Shown here piece after piece: positions 13,317 to 27,433 of a DNA stretch of 64,000 nucleotides. The translations under genes and the position numbers were made by a program. Every line of letters starts with the position of its first letter. Position 1 is the first letter of the stretch. The stretch spans positions 71,488,001-71,552,000 of the forward strand of contig NC_087436.1 in NCBI RefSeq assembly GCF_036321535.1, read 5' to 3'. The stretch comes from Camelus dromedarius. Its lineage: Eukaryota. The notes under the pieces were generated by a model. The model was not told the DNA's origin and made no database searches. It was given only the letters and a program-made list of their open reading frames with translations.

Positions 13317-14573
13317 TTTTTTTTTAACATTTTTTATTGATTTATAATCATTTTACAATGTTGTGTCAAATTCCAGTGTTCAGCACAATTTTTCAGTCAT
13401 ATATGGACATATACACACTCATTGTCACATTTTTTTCTCTGTGAGCTACCATAACATTTTGTGTATATTTCCCTGTGCTATACAGTATAATCTTGTTTAT
13501 CTATTCTACAATTTTGAAATCCCAGTCTATCCCTTCCCACCCTCCACCCCCTGGCAACCACAAGTCTGTATTCTCTATCTGTGAGTCTATTTCTGTCCTG
13601 TATTTATGCTTTGTTTTTGTTTGTTTGTTTGTTTTTGTTTTTTAGATTCCACATATAAGTGATCTCATATGGTATTTTTCTTTCTCTTTCTGGCTTACTT
13701 CACTTAGAATGACACTCTCCAGGAGCATCCATGTTGCTGCAAATGGCATTATGTTGTCGGTTTTTATGGCTGAGTAGTATTCCATTGTATAAATATACCA
13801 CTTCTTCTTTATCCAGTGTCCTGTTGATGGACATTTAGGCTGTTTCCATGTTTTGGCTATTGTAAATAGTACTGCTATGAACATTGGGGTGCAGGTGTCA
13901 TCCTGAAGTAGGGTTCCTTCTGGATACAAGCCCAGGAGTGGGATTCCTGGGTCATATGGTAAGTCTATTCCTAGTCTTTTGAGGAATCTCCACACTGTTT
14001 TCCATAGTGGCTGCACCAAACTGCATTCCCACCAGCAGTGTAGGAGGGTTCCCCTTTCTCCACAGCCTCTCCAGCATTTGTCATTTGTGGATGTTTGAAT
14101 GACGGCCATTCTGACTGGTATGAGGTGATATCTCATTGTAGTTTTGATTTGTATTTCTCTGATAATTAGTGATATTGAGCATTTTTTCATGTGCCTTTTG
14201 ATCATTTGTATGTCTTCCTTGGAGAATTGCTTGTTTAGGTCTTCTGCCCATTTTTGGATTGGGTTGTTTATTTTTTTCTTATTGAGTCGCATGAGCTGCT
14301 TACATATTCTGGAGATCAAGCCTTTGTCAGTTTCATTTGCAAAAATTTTTTCCCATTCCGTAGGTTGTCTTCTTGTTTTACTTATGGTTTCCTTTGCTGT
14401 GCAGAAGCTTGTAAGTTTCATTAGGTCCCATTTGTTTATTCTTGCTTTTATTTCCACTAGGAGAAAATTTTTGAAATGTGTGTCAGATAATGTTTTGCCT
14501 ATGTTTTCCTCTAGGAGGTTTATTGTATCTTGTCTTATGTTTAAGTCTTTGATCCATTTTGAGTTGATTTTTG
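13317..14573 (-). mobile_element. Young 5'-truncated camelid-type L1 retaining an open ORF2 C-terminus (13642-14457)
   Basis: 271-aa open frame with WEKIFAN, the cysteine-rich motif [18 protein letters not shown] and the terminal SLICGI*. Poly-T at left. Perfect TSD tgctttagtgtt at 13305-13316 and 14574-14585. Confidence 0.96.
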
Positions 14574-14794
14574 TGCTTTAGTGTTAAACAAATACATTAA
14601 CTAATCTATTTCTACTCTAAGAAGAGTATTTCTTCACCCAGGAGTCAACAAATGAAGAGACTGTTGTTTCAAGTGAATAGGAATGTTTCCAGTGATTGTT
14701 GAGTAAAGGATATGAGTGATCCAAAAGGAAAAAGAAATTTGGTTGTCAAGTCACCTTCTTGGTGAGTTTCTGCTAGCTAAGAAAAGAGACTCGG

Positions 14795-15114
14795 AGTCTG
14801 TTTCTGTTTTGTATATGAGTCCATTAGTGGCCTCTTTTTTTTTCTTTTTTAGATTCCACGTATAAGTGATATCATATGGTGTTTTTCTTTCTCTTTCTGG
14901 CTTACTTCACTTAGTAAATAATCTTATGGTTACCAGCGAAAAGGGGTGGGAAGGGATAAATTTGGGAATTTGAGATTTGCAAGTGATAACCACTCTATAC
15001 AAAAATAGATAGAAAAAACAAATTTCTTCTGTGTAGTACAGGGAACTATATTCAATATCTTATAATAACCTTTAATGAAAAAGAATATGAAAACAAATCT
15101 ATGTATATATGTGT
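14795..15114 (+). mobile_element. Short 5'-inverted (twin-primed) L1 3' end
   Basis: 14795-14914 is antisense L1 (agattccacgtataagtgat...cttacttcacttag). 14915-15114 is the sense 3' UTR (cttatggttacc...gggaactatattcaatatct). TSD aaaagagact(c/t)gg at 14782-14794 and 15687-15699. Confidence 0.88.
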
Positions 15115-15694
<580 letters not shown>

Positions 15695-18530
15695 CTTGGG
15701 AATTTCCTATACCATTAGGCAAGGACGTAACGGGTGGCATAACCCCACTGAACCTCTCCCTCTCTGGCCCCTAGGTTAATACCAAAAAGGGAGATGACTT
15801 CATAGATCACTGAGTACACGACCAGTGAATAGACAAGTGGGCTCTCTTTCCAATAAATCTGTGTGTGTGCACACTTTGTATATGTAAGTAGGAATAATTA
15901 AATTATTAAAACTCACTTTAAAAACTTATTACATCTCTATGGATTTTTTTCTACATGTGCAAATATATTGATATGCTAAGATATTATGTATATCTGTATT
16001 GGCTGGGAAAAGCCAGCTTCTCATGTAGTCTAAACACCATACTTTCTCTTCACACTGTTCTCTACAATTAGAATTTTCTTCCTTCATAAATCTGATTATA
16101 TTCCAGCCAGTCTGAATCCACTAGACCTCACTTGTTCCAAGATTTAATACCTGCGTGGCCTTGGATAAGTAACTTGGTCAAGAAACATTTATTGAAGATG
16201 TTCTAGGCTGGATATTAGAGTTTAGAGTGAGAAACTGACTTGCACAAGGTAACACCATAACTGGCAGACTGGAGTAGAACTCACATCTTCTGTCTTAGGG
16301 ACTAACCACCATCTGCTGCCTATCCTGCTCTCTCTGGAGTTACATCAAGGAATTCAAAGATTATTGCCAAGCTCAATACAGTTCTACATTGTTTGTTAGT
16401 TTTATTATGTCAAATGTGTCCATAGTTTCCTCTTAGAATTTTTGTGGGGATACCACAATTTTTTCCACTGATGAAAGCCTCAGATACTAAGCTCTGTTAA
16501 TAAGAAGTATTTTTTAATTTTAATCATCATATTAAGCATTAAAATATTACTTTAGTTCCATTTACCTTTCAAACTTTTCATCTAATTTTTTTCTGATCAT
16601 AAATGTCTGCCTCCTTTAGATAATTACTTGTCTGCATTTCAGATTATTTTCATATAATTAATATTTTTATATACTACTTGATACTTCCATAAATATGAGT
16701 ACCTGTCTCACCATCTCCTAACAGTGGTAAATACTATCTATCTTGCCAATTGTTTAACTATTTTATTTCCATACCCAGCACCCTCACTTCTACATAAAGA
16801 ACTAGTTCTCATTTTTTTTAGATCAATTATCCAATTTTCTAACTAGACAAGATCTTTCATTTGTATAGTTAATTTTTTCATTCAAGAAAGTTTTATTTTA
16901 TTTTTTTTAATTTTTGTATATGCTAAACTTGTTTTGCTTTTTTCTCTTTAAATACCTGTGATCTAAAAGTTAGCTCTTTCTTCATTCTCCCTCAGATCTG
17001 TGTGTCTTGTCCTTGTGTTTAGCACAGTGTCATTGTTAACAGATACGTGTTGGAATCTGACAGATCTGAGTTTCAGTTCTGCTTTGTCAGCTACTGGCTG
17101 TTTGCCGGGATGTTAGCTGACCTTGCCAGGTCTCGGTTTCTTCCTCTGTACATGTGTTTGGGGTCCAGTGAGAACTCACTGAGAAGAGCCATTTTTGCTC
17201 TGTTTTCCCAGCATTCTTTAAAAGTGCTTCTTGTTTGGCCTCTGCCTCACTAATTCTGTTTTCTGCATGTGAATTTGGTTCTGCAAATGCTCTTTGGTGT
17301 TCTATGATCATTCAGTTAATTCCTACACTCATTTCATAACTCCCTCAACCTGCATCCCAGCTTATTGCTTTTTCAATTAATCTTTTGCTTTCAAAGAGAT
17401 CATGTTTTCTTGGTATTTCACTGGAGACACAATGCAGAAACTTCCACAGGTTTCTTCTCTTTCCTGTGGTAGATCCTCACCAAAAGCATGCTTTTCCTCA
17501 GTTTTGTCCAGACGCTGTAGCTCTTTAACCTGGCAGAATACTTGCTTGTGTCCCTTATTGCTTTCTTCCTGCCCCTTGATGAAAATTTTCATAGGTCCTA
17601 TGGCTTTTCTGCTTGCTTTTTGGTAATGGACAGGGCTACAGTTACCCGAAATAAAAACACAGAGTCTTAATTCAGAAATTGTAAGTGTCTTGCCAGGAAA
17701 TCAGTCAGAACTGGGTTTCTAGTATGCTTCAGGCTGGAAACTTGCAGCAGAAGTGGAACGAAATGGATGGCTTCCTCTCTACTTCTCTGTACTCAATCCA
17801 CCCTGCCTGGCTCACTAACCATTTTTGGACACTTATGGGTAAAATATGGAAAGAATGAAGTGTTCAGGGATAAAGGTCTTATTTGAACAGACATCTCATA
17901 AGCGGTCGTCAGGCTCCCTGGGCCTGGCAGATGTTTGAAGCTGTTTTTGGTGAGTGTGTTTCATGGGCCTTTGGCATTTTTCATCACTCAGGGCCCCTCT
18001 CTTGCAGTTCTATTCACCTGGGCAGATGGGTCTCTGTTTTGGGTGGTCCTGTGCAACTCATTCTGCAGCCCTTAGGAACTCAGGGCCCATCTGGAACATC
18101 TCACTGCTGGACTCCTCTCCTCCAGGTTGCCTCCTTAGACAAGACCTAAGATCGTCCCACCCCAGCTCTCTCTCCTGTCTGGCCCATACCTGCTCTATAG
18201 CAGGGTCTACACGTTTCCTTGAACTGAAAAACTGGCCATAGAATACTTTAGTTTCCTCAGACCTGGTCAGTCACTAATCTGTGAATACCCATCACAAGCC
18301 TTCAGAAAGCTTATAGCAGCTCCCTTCACTCTGCTTGAGGGGAAGAAAGCAGAGCTTCTTAATCCTACCACCTCTTATGTGTGTCTGTGGGCTGGGGCAA
18401 GGGAGATATCATATTAGAATAAGTTTCTTTACTAAACAAATATTATCAAAAGTTATTTCCTGGCCTCTTTTAAGATCTCTGATTTGCCTGATGGGTCCAA
18501 GGGTCATTGAACTGGTGAGCAACCATTTCC

Positions 18531-19135
18531 ATTCTTGTATTAATCATGCTTTTTGTAAATTTTCTTTATGGTATAATGTTTGATTTCTTAGAGGACCTTT
18601 TAAGCATAGGGAGACACTGCCCCTTCCAGGGCTAACTAATTCCTAAAGACGGTAAACAACCTACTTGAGAGAACATGTTTCGTATACAAGCTAACCAATT
18701 CAGGACCTACACCCTCAACCATTTCCTTATCAAACTCTCACACATCAAACCAATATTTCCTGTGTCCTAAATCACCCAGGTCCAGGTATCAGACAAGAGA
18801 CCACCTCTACAGCTCAGAGTCTACTGACATTATATGAAGTAGCTAATTCTGAGCCGATTACCTTACCCAACTTTGCCTTTCTCACAGAAACCTCAATAAA
18901 GGTTTTGGCCTATGTAGTAAATGTCAATGCAAATTAGTTTAAAAAAAAAAAAAAAGGTTCTGTCCTAGACCTTCTCCTTGCTCCTGCTTTTGTCTCTTGA
19001 CCTAAACTTGATGGTTCTCCTGTATGGTATGGTGTTCTGCCTTCACTAGAGAAATGTAAATAATACATTTTCTTTCAATGGAATTGGTCATTCTTTGTCA
19101 CTGCTCAGTCATAGCTCTATAATAAAATCCCAATT
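18531..19135 (+). mobile_element. ERVL-class solo LTR (MER74/MER73-like)
   Basis: actgccccttccagggctaactaattcctaaaga...aaccaatt...aatcacccaggtccaggtatcagacaa...gaaacctcaataaagg, matching the recalled MER74-group consensus. Confidence 0.75.
18913..18955 (+). pseudogene. Micro-retrocopy: 28 nt plus A15 inserted in the LTR
   Basis: tgtAGTAAAtgtcaatgcaaattagttt followed by poly(A). Flanked by aaaggttttggccta (18898-18912) and aaaggttctgtccta (18953-18967), 13/15 identical. Confidence 0.7.
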
Positions 19136-19408
19136 ATAATTTTAATAAAATTGTAATATTACATATGGAGACCTGTTTCATAGTCACTTTGATGTCTGAT
19201 ATATATCAATTTCACCTGAATTGAAACTTCAATATTATCATCTTTTTATAAATCCATAATTAAGTTTTTAGTAGAATGCAGAGCTGTCTAAAGTTCTACA
19301 TATGTCCTCAAACTCCCTGGGGTGTGTTTGTTCACTGAGAAGCTATAGAGTTGATACTGTGTCTACCAGACAATACACTGATTGATGGGCATATGAAAAC
19401 CTCTGCCA

Positions 19409-22400
19409 AGAGGCCTCCCCAAGATGGCAGAGTAGGAAGACCTTGCACTCACCTCTCCCCATGGGCACACGAAAATTACAACTACTTACAGAACTATTAC
19501 CTAGGAGAATGACCTGAAGACTAGTAGAAAAGATTTTCCATAACTAAAAATATAAAGAAAGAGCCACTACAAGATGAGTAGAAAGGGCAGAGATATTGTA
19601 TATCCAGAACCCATACCCCTGGGTCAGCAACCCATAAACAAAAGGAATATCATAACCATAGAGGTTCTTTCCAAGGAGTGAGAGGTCTAAGCTCCACATT
19701 GTATTCCAGCTTGGGGGTCTTACACTGGAAAGATTAGCCCCCAGAGTGTCTGGCTTTGAAAACAGTCAGGGCTTATGTTTGGGAGAACTGAAGGGCTATA
19801 AGAAACAGAGACTTTGTTCTTAAAGGGTACACATAAAATCTCAAATGCTCCAAGCTCCAGTACAGAGGTAGTGGTTTGAAAAGAGCCTAGGACAGATGCA
19901 CTTGCTGATGTTGGAGAGTCTCCTGGAGAAGCAGGAGGCAACTAGCTCTCCCCAGGAGTGGAGATGCTGGTGGAGGCCATTTTTGGAAACTCGTTCTACC
20001 ACAATGACACCAGAGCTAACAAGCACCATTCTGGAATCTTCCTTATTTCTATTAGCATCAAGGACTTGCCCTGTCCATAAGTTGGCCTGCAGCAGCCACA
20101 AAGCCCTAAGCTGCATAGCCAGCCTTACGAAGAACCAATCCCACAGACCAGCAGGCCTGCAGCAGCCACACACCACTAGGCCACACAGCCAACCACATGG
20201 GAAGCCTATTCCCACCCTCCAGAGGGCCCAAAGCCACACAAAGCAGCACTCACCAGTGTGCCCATGCTAGTTGGCCCCACAGCAACAGAGGGCCCATGTA
20301 GTCCACACAGGGGCCACTTCTAGAGCATATAGCTCTGATGACCAAGGGGAATGTACTGCCGGGCCCCATATGATGTATCCTACATAAGGCCACTTTTCCA
20401 AGATTGGCCTTGGAGACCAACCTACCTAATATATAGAAATAACCAAACTACCTAATATGTAGAAATAAACATAGAGAATTAGGCAAATGAGAAGATCGAG
20501 GAATATGTTCTAAACAAAGGACCAAGACATAACCTCAGAAAAAGAACTAAATGAAGTGGAGATAAACGATAGACTTGATAAAGAGTTCAAGGTAATGATC
20601 ATAAAGCTGCTCAATGAACTCTGGAGAATTATGGCTAAACACAATGAGACTTTCAACAAAGAGAAAATATTAAAAGAAACAAACAGACCTAAGGAATACA
20701 AATAACTGAAATAAAAAATAAACTAGACTAAATCAACAGTAGATTAGATGATACAGAGGAACAAATCAGAGATCTGGTAGACAGAGTACTGAAAATCACC
20801 CAAGCTGAACAGAAAAAAAGAAGCAAAGAATTTTAAAAAATAAGGATAGTTTAAGAGAATTTGGGGATAACAACAAGGGTACTAACATTCACATTATAGG
20901 GATCCCAGAAGGAAAAGAGGGAGGCAAAGGGGACGAGAACTTACTTGAAGAAATAATAGCTGAAAACTTTCCTGACCTGGGAAAGGAGACAAACATCCAA
21001 GTTCAGGAAGCACACACAAAGAGGTCCACAGAAAGACAAATTATAATCAAAATGGCAAAAAATTAGAGGTAAAGAGAGCCAGAGAAAAGCAACAAGTTAT
21101 ACACACAGGAACTCCCAGAAGACTGGCAGTTGACTTATAAGCAGAAATTTTGCAGGCCAGGAGGAAGTGGCAAGATATATTCAAACCAATAAAAAGAAAA
21201 AACCTACAACCAATAATACTTTACCCAGCAAGGCCAGCATTCATATTTGAAGGAGAGATGAAGAGTTTTACAGACAAGTAAAAGCTAAAAGAGTTTAGCA
21301 CCACTAAACCAGCCTTCCAGGAAATGTTAAAGGAACTTCTCTAAGTGAAAAAGGAAAGGCTACAACTGGAAATGAGGGAATTATAAAAGAGAACATCTCA
21401 TTGGTAAAGGCAAACATGTAGTAAAGATAGTAGATCAACCACTTATAAAGCTAATAGAGAGGTTAAAGACAAAATTAGCAAAATCACCTATATTCACATA
21501 AGTAGTTAAGGGATACACAAACTAAAAATATGTAAAATATGTTAAAATATGTAAAATAGGACATCAAAAACATAAAACATGTGGTGGAAGTAAAAATGTA
21601 GGGTTGTTAGAATGAATTCAAACTTCTGAGGCCATCAACTCAAAATAGTAATATATATAAAATATTGCTACATATGAACCTCATGGTAACCACAACCAAA
21701 AATCTATAATAGATGCAAATAGATACAAACATACAAAAATAAAGGGATCTAAACACAACACTAAAGATAGTCATCAAATTACAAGAGAGCAAAATAAGAA
21801 AAAAGAACTACAAAAACAACCCAAAACAATTAACAAAATGGCAACAAGTACATATCTATCAATAATTACTTTAAATGTAAATGGAATAAATTCTTCTATC
21901 TGAATGCATAAAACAAACAAGACCCATATGTGTGCTGCCTGCAAGAGACTCATTTCAGATCCATAAACACATAGAGACTGAGAAGTGAGAGGATGGAAAA
22001 AGATATTCCATGTAAATAGAAATGAAAAGAAAGCTGGGTTAACAGTACTAATATCAGACATAACTTTAAAACAAAGAATGTAACAAGAGACAGAGAAGGA
22101 CATTACATAATGTTCCAGGGATCAATCCAAGACAAAGATATAACAACTATAAATATATATGTACCCAACATAGGAGCACCTGAATACCTAAACCAAATAT
22201 TAACAAACACAAAGAGAGAAATTGACAGTGACAGAATAATAATGGGGACTTTAACACCTTAATTACGTCAATGGACAGATCACCTAGACAGAAAAATCTG
22301 ATTCTCTAAAGAACTCTGACTAATACAGAGTATGAGCATTACCTGTCATTCATGGTGATTGGTTTTTCCTCAAAGGCACAGCAGGATTTTATCTTTCAGT

Positions 22401-24510
22401 AACTATACGTGCTACTTCTCCAGAAGTAAAACTACCAGACAGAAGTAAAACTGTCACTGTTTGCAATGACATGATAATAAACATAAAAAATCCTACAGAC
22501 ACCACTAAAAAACTACTAGGACTAATAAATGAATTTATTAAAGTTGCAGGATACAAAATTAATATATAGAAATCTGTTGCATGTCTGTACACTAATAATG
22601 AACTATCAGAAACAGTAATTAAGAAAACAATTTCATTTGCAATTGCAACAAACAGAATTAAATACTTAGGAATACATCAACAAAGGAGATAAAAGACTTG
22701 TACTTTGAAAACTATAAGACAACACAACTGAAGACAACACAAACAAATGGAAAGATACACCATGCTCATGAATTGGAAGAATTAATATTGTTAAAATGAC
22801 CATATTACCTAAGGCAATCTACTGATTCAGTGCAACCCCTATCAAAATACCAACAGTATTTTTCACAGAACTACAACAAATAATTCTAAAATTATATGGA
22901 GCCACAAAAGACCTTGAATAGCCAAAGCAATTTTGAGAAAAAAGAACAAAGCTGTATGTATCACACTCCCTGATTTCAAACTATATTACAAAGCTACTGT
23001 AATCAAAACAATATGATACTGATACACAGACACATAGATCAATGGAACAGACTAGAGAACTCGGAAATAAACCCACAGTTATGTGGTCAATTAATCTTTG
23101 ACAAAGGAGGAAAGAATATACAATGTGGAAAAGAAACTCTTCAATAAATGATGGGAAAATTGAACAGCTTCATGTAAAGGAATCAAATTGGAGTACTTAC
23201 ATCATATACAAAAATAAACTTAAAGTGGATTAAATACTTACATGTAAAACCTGAAACCATGAAATTTCTAGAAGAAAACGTTACTTGACATTGGTCTTAG
23301 AAATATTTTTTGGATATGTCTCCTCAGGCAAGGGCAACAAAAGCAAAAATAAACAAATGGGACTATATCAAACTAAAATACTTCTGCACAGTAAAGGAAA
23401 CCATCAACAAAATGAAAAGAAAGCCTTCTAGAGAAGATATTAGCAAACAATATATCTGATAATGGGTTAATATCCAAAATATACAAAGAACCCACATCAC
23501 TCAACATCAAAAAAACAAAAACAAAAACAAAAACAAGTAACCCAATTGAGAAATTGAGCACAGGACCTGAATAGACATATTTTTAAAGAAGACATACAGA
23601 TGGCCAACAGACACAGGAAAAGATGCTCAACATCACTAATCATCCAGGAAATTCAAATCAACACCACAATAAGATACCACTGCACACATGTCAGAATGGC
23701 AGTCATCAAAAAGACAATATATAACAAGCATTGGTGAAAATGTGGACTAAAGCAAACCATCATGCACTGCAGGTGGGACTGTAAACTGGTATAGCTACTG
23801 TACAAAACAGTTTGGATTTTCCTCAGAAAAGTAAAACTAGAACTACTAGAACTACTAGATCTAGCAATTTCACTTCTGGTTATTTATCTAAAGGAAAAAA
23901 AAACCCACTAATTTAAAAAGATGTATGTGCACCCCAATGTTCATTGCAGCATTATTTACAATAGCAGAGATTTAGAGGCAACCTAAGTGCCCATCAATAG
24001 GTGAATAGATAAAGAAGATGTAGTATATATAATGGAATATTACTTAGCCATGAAAAACATGAAATTTTACCACTTGCAACAACATGGATAGACCTAGACA
24101 GCATTATGATAAATGAAATAAGTCAGACAGAAAAAAACAAATACTGTATGATCTCATTTATATGTGGAATCTAAAAAACAAAACAAACAAACAGGCACAG
24201 CAAAACAAAATCAGACTCAGATACAGAGAACAAATGGGGGATTGCAAGAAGGGAAGGGGTGGGAGTTAAGCAAAACAGGTAGAAAGGAATAAGGGGTACA
24301 AACTTCTAGTTATAAAATAAATAAGCCATGGGAAGTAATATACAATGTAAGAAATACAACCAATAATGTTGTAATAATTTTGTATGGAGACAGATGGCAA
24401 CTAGACTTAGGATGATTTCATAATGTATGCAAATATGACATCACTATGTAGTACACTTGAAATTAATATAATATTGTATGTACATCAACTATATTTCAAT
24501 TTTTAAAAAG
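19409..24510 (+). mobile_element. Near full-length decayed L1 (5' UTR, ORF1 about 20487-21344, ORF2 about 21838-24173, 3' UTR) with a large ORF2 deletion
   Basis: Begins ccaagatggcagagtagg. ORF1-like text (gaaataatagctgaaaactttcc). ORF2 start atggcaacaagtacatatctatcaataattactttaaatgtaaatgga, end tgtggaatctaa. Many stops and frameshifts. Degraded TSD at 19395-19408 and 24623-24636 (11/14). Confidence 0.95.
22297..22419 (-). repeat. Inverted dispersed duplicate of 39135-39257
   Basis: Hand alignment is ungapped, 106/123 identical to the reverse complement of 39135-39257, including a 28-nt exact run gcacagcaggattttatctttcagtaac. Confidence 0.95.
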
Positions 24511-24550
24511 ACAGGGATTAAGTTATATTAATGCAAAAGAAACAGAAGAA

Positions 24551-24626
24551 GGAAGGAAGGAAGGAAGGAAGGAAGGAAGGAAGGAAGGAAGGAAGGAAGG
24601 AAGGAAGGAAGGAAGGAAGGAAGGAA
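24551..24626 (+). repeat. (GGAA)19 microsatellite
   Basis: Read directly. Confidence 0.97.
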
Positions 24627-25554
24627 ATCCCTGCCACAGAGAAGCTTAATGTCTGCTCACACTAGATTCAGCTCATCACATGAAATCAGTGCCCTGGATT
24701 AGACAGTCCCTTAGATTTAGAGGCAGGAACTGCCATATGACTTTTAGCATTATATTCGTTGGTTAACCAGTAAGGAACACAACATTCAGTCAGTGTCTAA
24801 AAGACACAGTTACAGTGTCATGGGTCTGAGGCCTTTTGATGGAGGCATTCAACAAAACACCACCTCAAAGGCGTATTTGATGAGATCCATCATGAAATCA
24901 AGATGTCATTTCAAAGAGGAACTAGTAACAATAGGAGCCTAGTGACATTTAAAGAACATGGAGCCTGATGGCCAATAAGAAAGAAGTTTGGAGGAGATGA
25001 TGAGGAATGGAGCCAGGAGACAGTTCTGAGTGGAAAAGCAGGTGGACATAGAGCTTTTTATCTGTCTTGGGTGGCTGGGCATGTTTAAAAAGAGCAGCTG
25101 GTGGAATAAACATTAGCCCATGCACAAAAGCAGGTAGCAGTTCCAGATGCTAACTCTGTCATGGTTCTAATAGTCTTCATAGAGTTAAAGACACTCTGTT
25201 TTCCTCTTTTTTGAAGAGTGCAAACACATGAATCTGGAATCCTGAGACAGATGGTGAGGAAATATTTCTAATAGCAAATTATGATCTAAAGAAGAAAAGA
25301 TAGGTCAAAAAAGACCAGAAGGGGACAAAAGTGCCTAGTACTAGTTCTTGGGGGGGGCCCCCATGTATCTGTAAGGGTTAGGATCAAATATTTCCCCGAG
25401 ATATTGACATTCCAGGTTTATTTATTTGATCCACAAAGCCAGCTGAGGCTGCTGAGGTCATCATCATCTTGTTCTGAAGACAGAAGCCTGCTAACCCTTA
25501 ATTCTAATAAATGGGAAATGACATCTCCTTAGGTGCAGAGGGTGGCCTAAGGCG

Positions 25555-25573
25555 TCTCGCCTCCTGCTGGTAG
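25555..25573 (-). promoter_or_regulatory. CTCF motif candidate
   Basis: Minus strand reads ctaCCAGCAGGAGGCGaga, in unique sequence with several retained CpGs nearby. Confidence 0.45.
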
Positions 25574-27097
25574 ATCGGGCAGGTACAGCGCCCTTAGAGA
25601 TTAGGAACTCTGTCTTTCACACACACACGATTAGTGGATGTTGTCCAATCTCCATCTTCATACAAGTGAAGCTGAACCATTAGTATCACCCCGATAGCAA
25701 GTTTTCTGAGTGGTCAGTGCAGACTGAAGGGGCACAGCCCCTTGCCAGCAATGGTGGAGTGTGGAGCCAGGGAAAACTGTTAGAGTAGAAGCAGAATTTA
25801 AGGGGAAGACAGGTCAGAACAAAGGTTTATAACCTGATTATGTTACCAAATAGATGTATAGAAGAGGAGAGGAGGCATGATAAAAAGCAAATGTTTCCCA
25901 GAACATGAGGGGGTTGCAGCAGACAGACCTGAAGGCATTCCCTATCCAAGAGTGAATATAGCCAGGGTGACCCTTTACGTAAAATTCAAAACCCAGGTCA
26001 TGGGTGATGCAGTGCCCAGAGGAAAACAGATCCTTCCTTTCCATGACCAAGACAACTTTCATCCTCTCTCAGGATGACTTTTCCCAATTGTGTTGCTTTA
26101 AGATGGTATTTACTTCTTTTCTTTTTTAAACCTGGCTTTACCTATGTGAAAGTTATTCCTGGAAAATGAGCACACAGTCTACATAAGCCTGGAGCGCATC
26201 TCAGATCCTGTTATCCACTGAAGACAGTTTGGAGACAATCCCTTGAAGCAAAGAAAGTATAGTCAAGAAATATTTCGGGACTGACTTTCACTATTTTTAA
26301 CATTCCAGTTCTCACAGCATTAAAACTGGAGGAAGAATGTTCCACTCCTACACTACAGTATGAAAGTTACACCGCTTTGGTCAAGAGATGGCTATGTAGT
26401 ATTCACATTCAGAATAAATGTGGTATCCCAGACGCAGAGCTGGAGTGGTTTCTAATTTAAAATTAGATGTTGAAGAAAATAAATCTGGATACTATAAAAA
26501 AATTATACCTGTATCAGGCTAAAAAGGATTTTTTAAACAATTGTCAGGCCAACACATCATATTGCCAAACCCATAAACTGTTTCAAGAAACAGATGGAAT
26601 TTATATCACAGACTCTCAAAACTCATGGGGAGGGATCTTTGAGTCCAATTAACCTCTTGGCAACAGTGTTTAATCTGGAGGGATATGCTCAAAGCATCCA
26701 AAAATATTTTGTCTAGACTTAGCACTGCAGAATTTTCTGTGGCACAGTCTCTGGACGGGGCAACGTGGATCTAAGGCAGTGCGCAGGGACTATGGTATCT
26801 TCTCAGAATGCAGTTCTCCTTTCACATATTCTCAAGAATATCTCCATAACAAGTTTATAAGGCAGGTATTCCACCTCAGCTGGATCTCCATTCAGTCTTG
26901 CTAGAATTTCTAACATAACTGCCAAGCCCCAAATTAAAAGAAAATACAAAAACATGTCAGTATGTGCTGAGCTACTACCAATAATTTCCAAAGATGGCGA
27001 AAGCTGGAGAATTAGAGTGTTTCACATAAAATGTCATCAGTGCAATTTTTGTAGATATTTTCAACCAATTTTAGAAGGAACTGGGAACTTAAAAACC

Positions 27098-27433
27098 ATC
27101 TATCCTCTTTATCATTTTATTAGCATTTTGAATACTATCTCCTTCTTAAGGGGTTAAGCGAGGTCAGCTACAAAACAGTTCCTTTATCAGCTTGGTTCTT
27201 GTGGTTATAGGTTGCAGACTGCTGCAGTGTTGTAGGAACAGAGAGTCGGAATCTCCTTCCCTGCCGGCCTCCATCACAGGTGTCCAGACTTCTGTGCCTG
27301 AAACCCCATGGGTGTGGTCCTGGCCAAAGGCAGAGTACAGGGACGGTCAGGCACCTCTCAAAGGTCCGTGGCAAGACTCCAGCCCCTCAGCAAGACCTGA
27401 TTTGTTTACAAACAGCACTTCATACATCAATGA
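27098..27433 (-). other. Candidate terminal exon of a minus-strand transcript
   Basis: Long pyrimidine tract ctccctttgctcttcttcttttcccttcccaaag|TCATTGATGTATGA. Minus-strand AATAAA at 27116-27121. Phase 1 gives xIDV*. The 3' end is estimated. Confidence 0.35.

Noticed and set aside
13642..14457. 271-aa ORF as a host gene or domesticated protein
   Set aside because: It is the ORF2 C-terminus of a young truncated L1. It is open because it is recent, and it has no promoter. ORF 14144-14581 is its antisense shadow.
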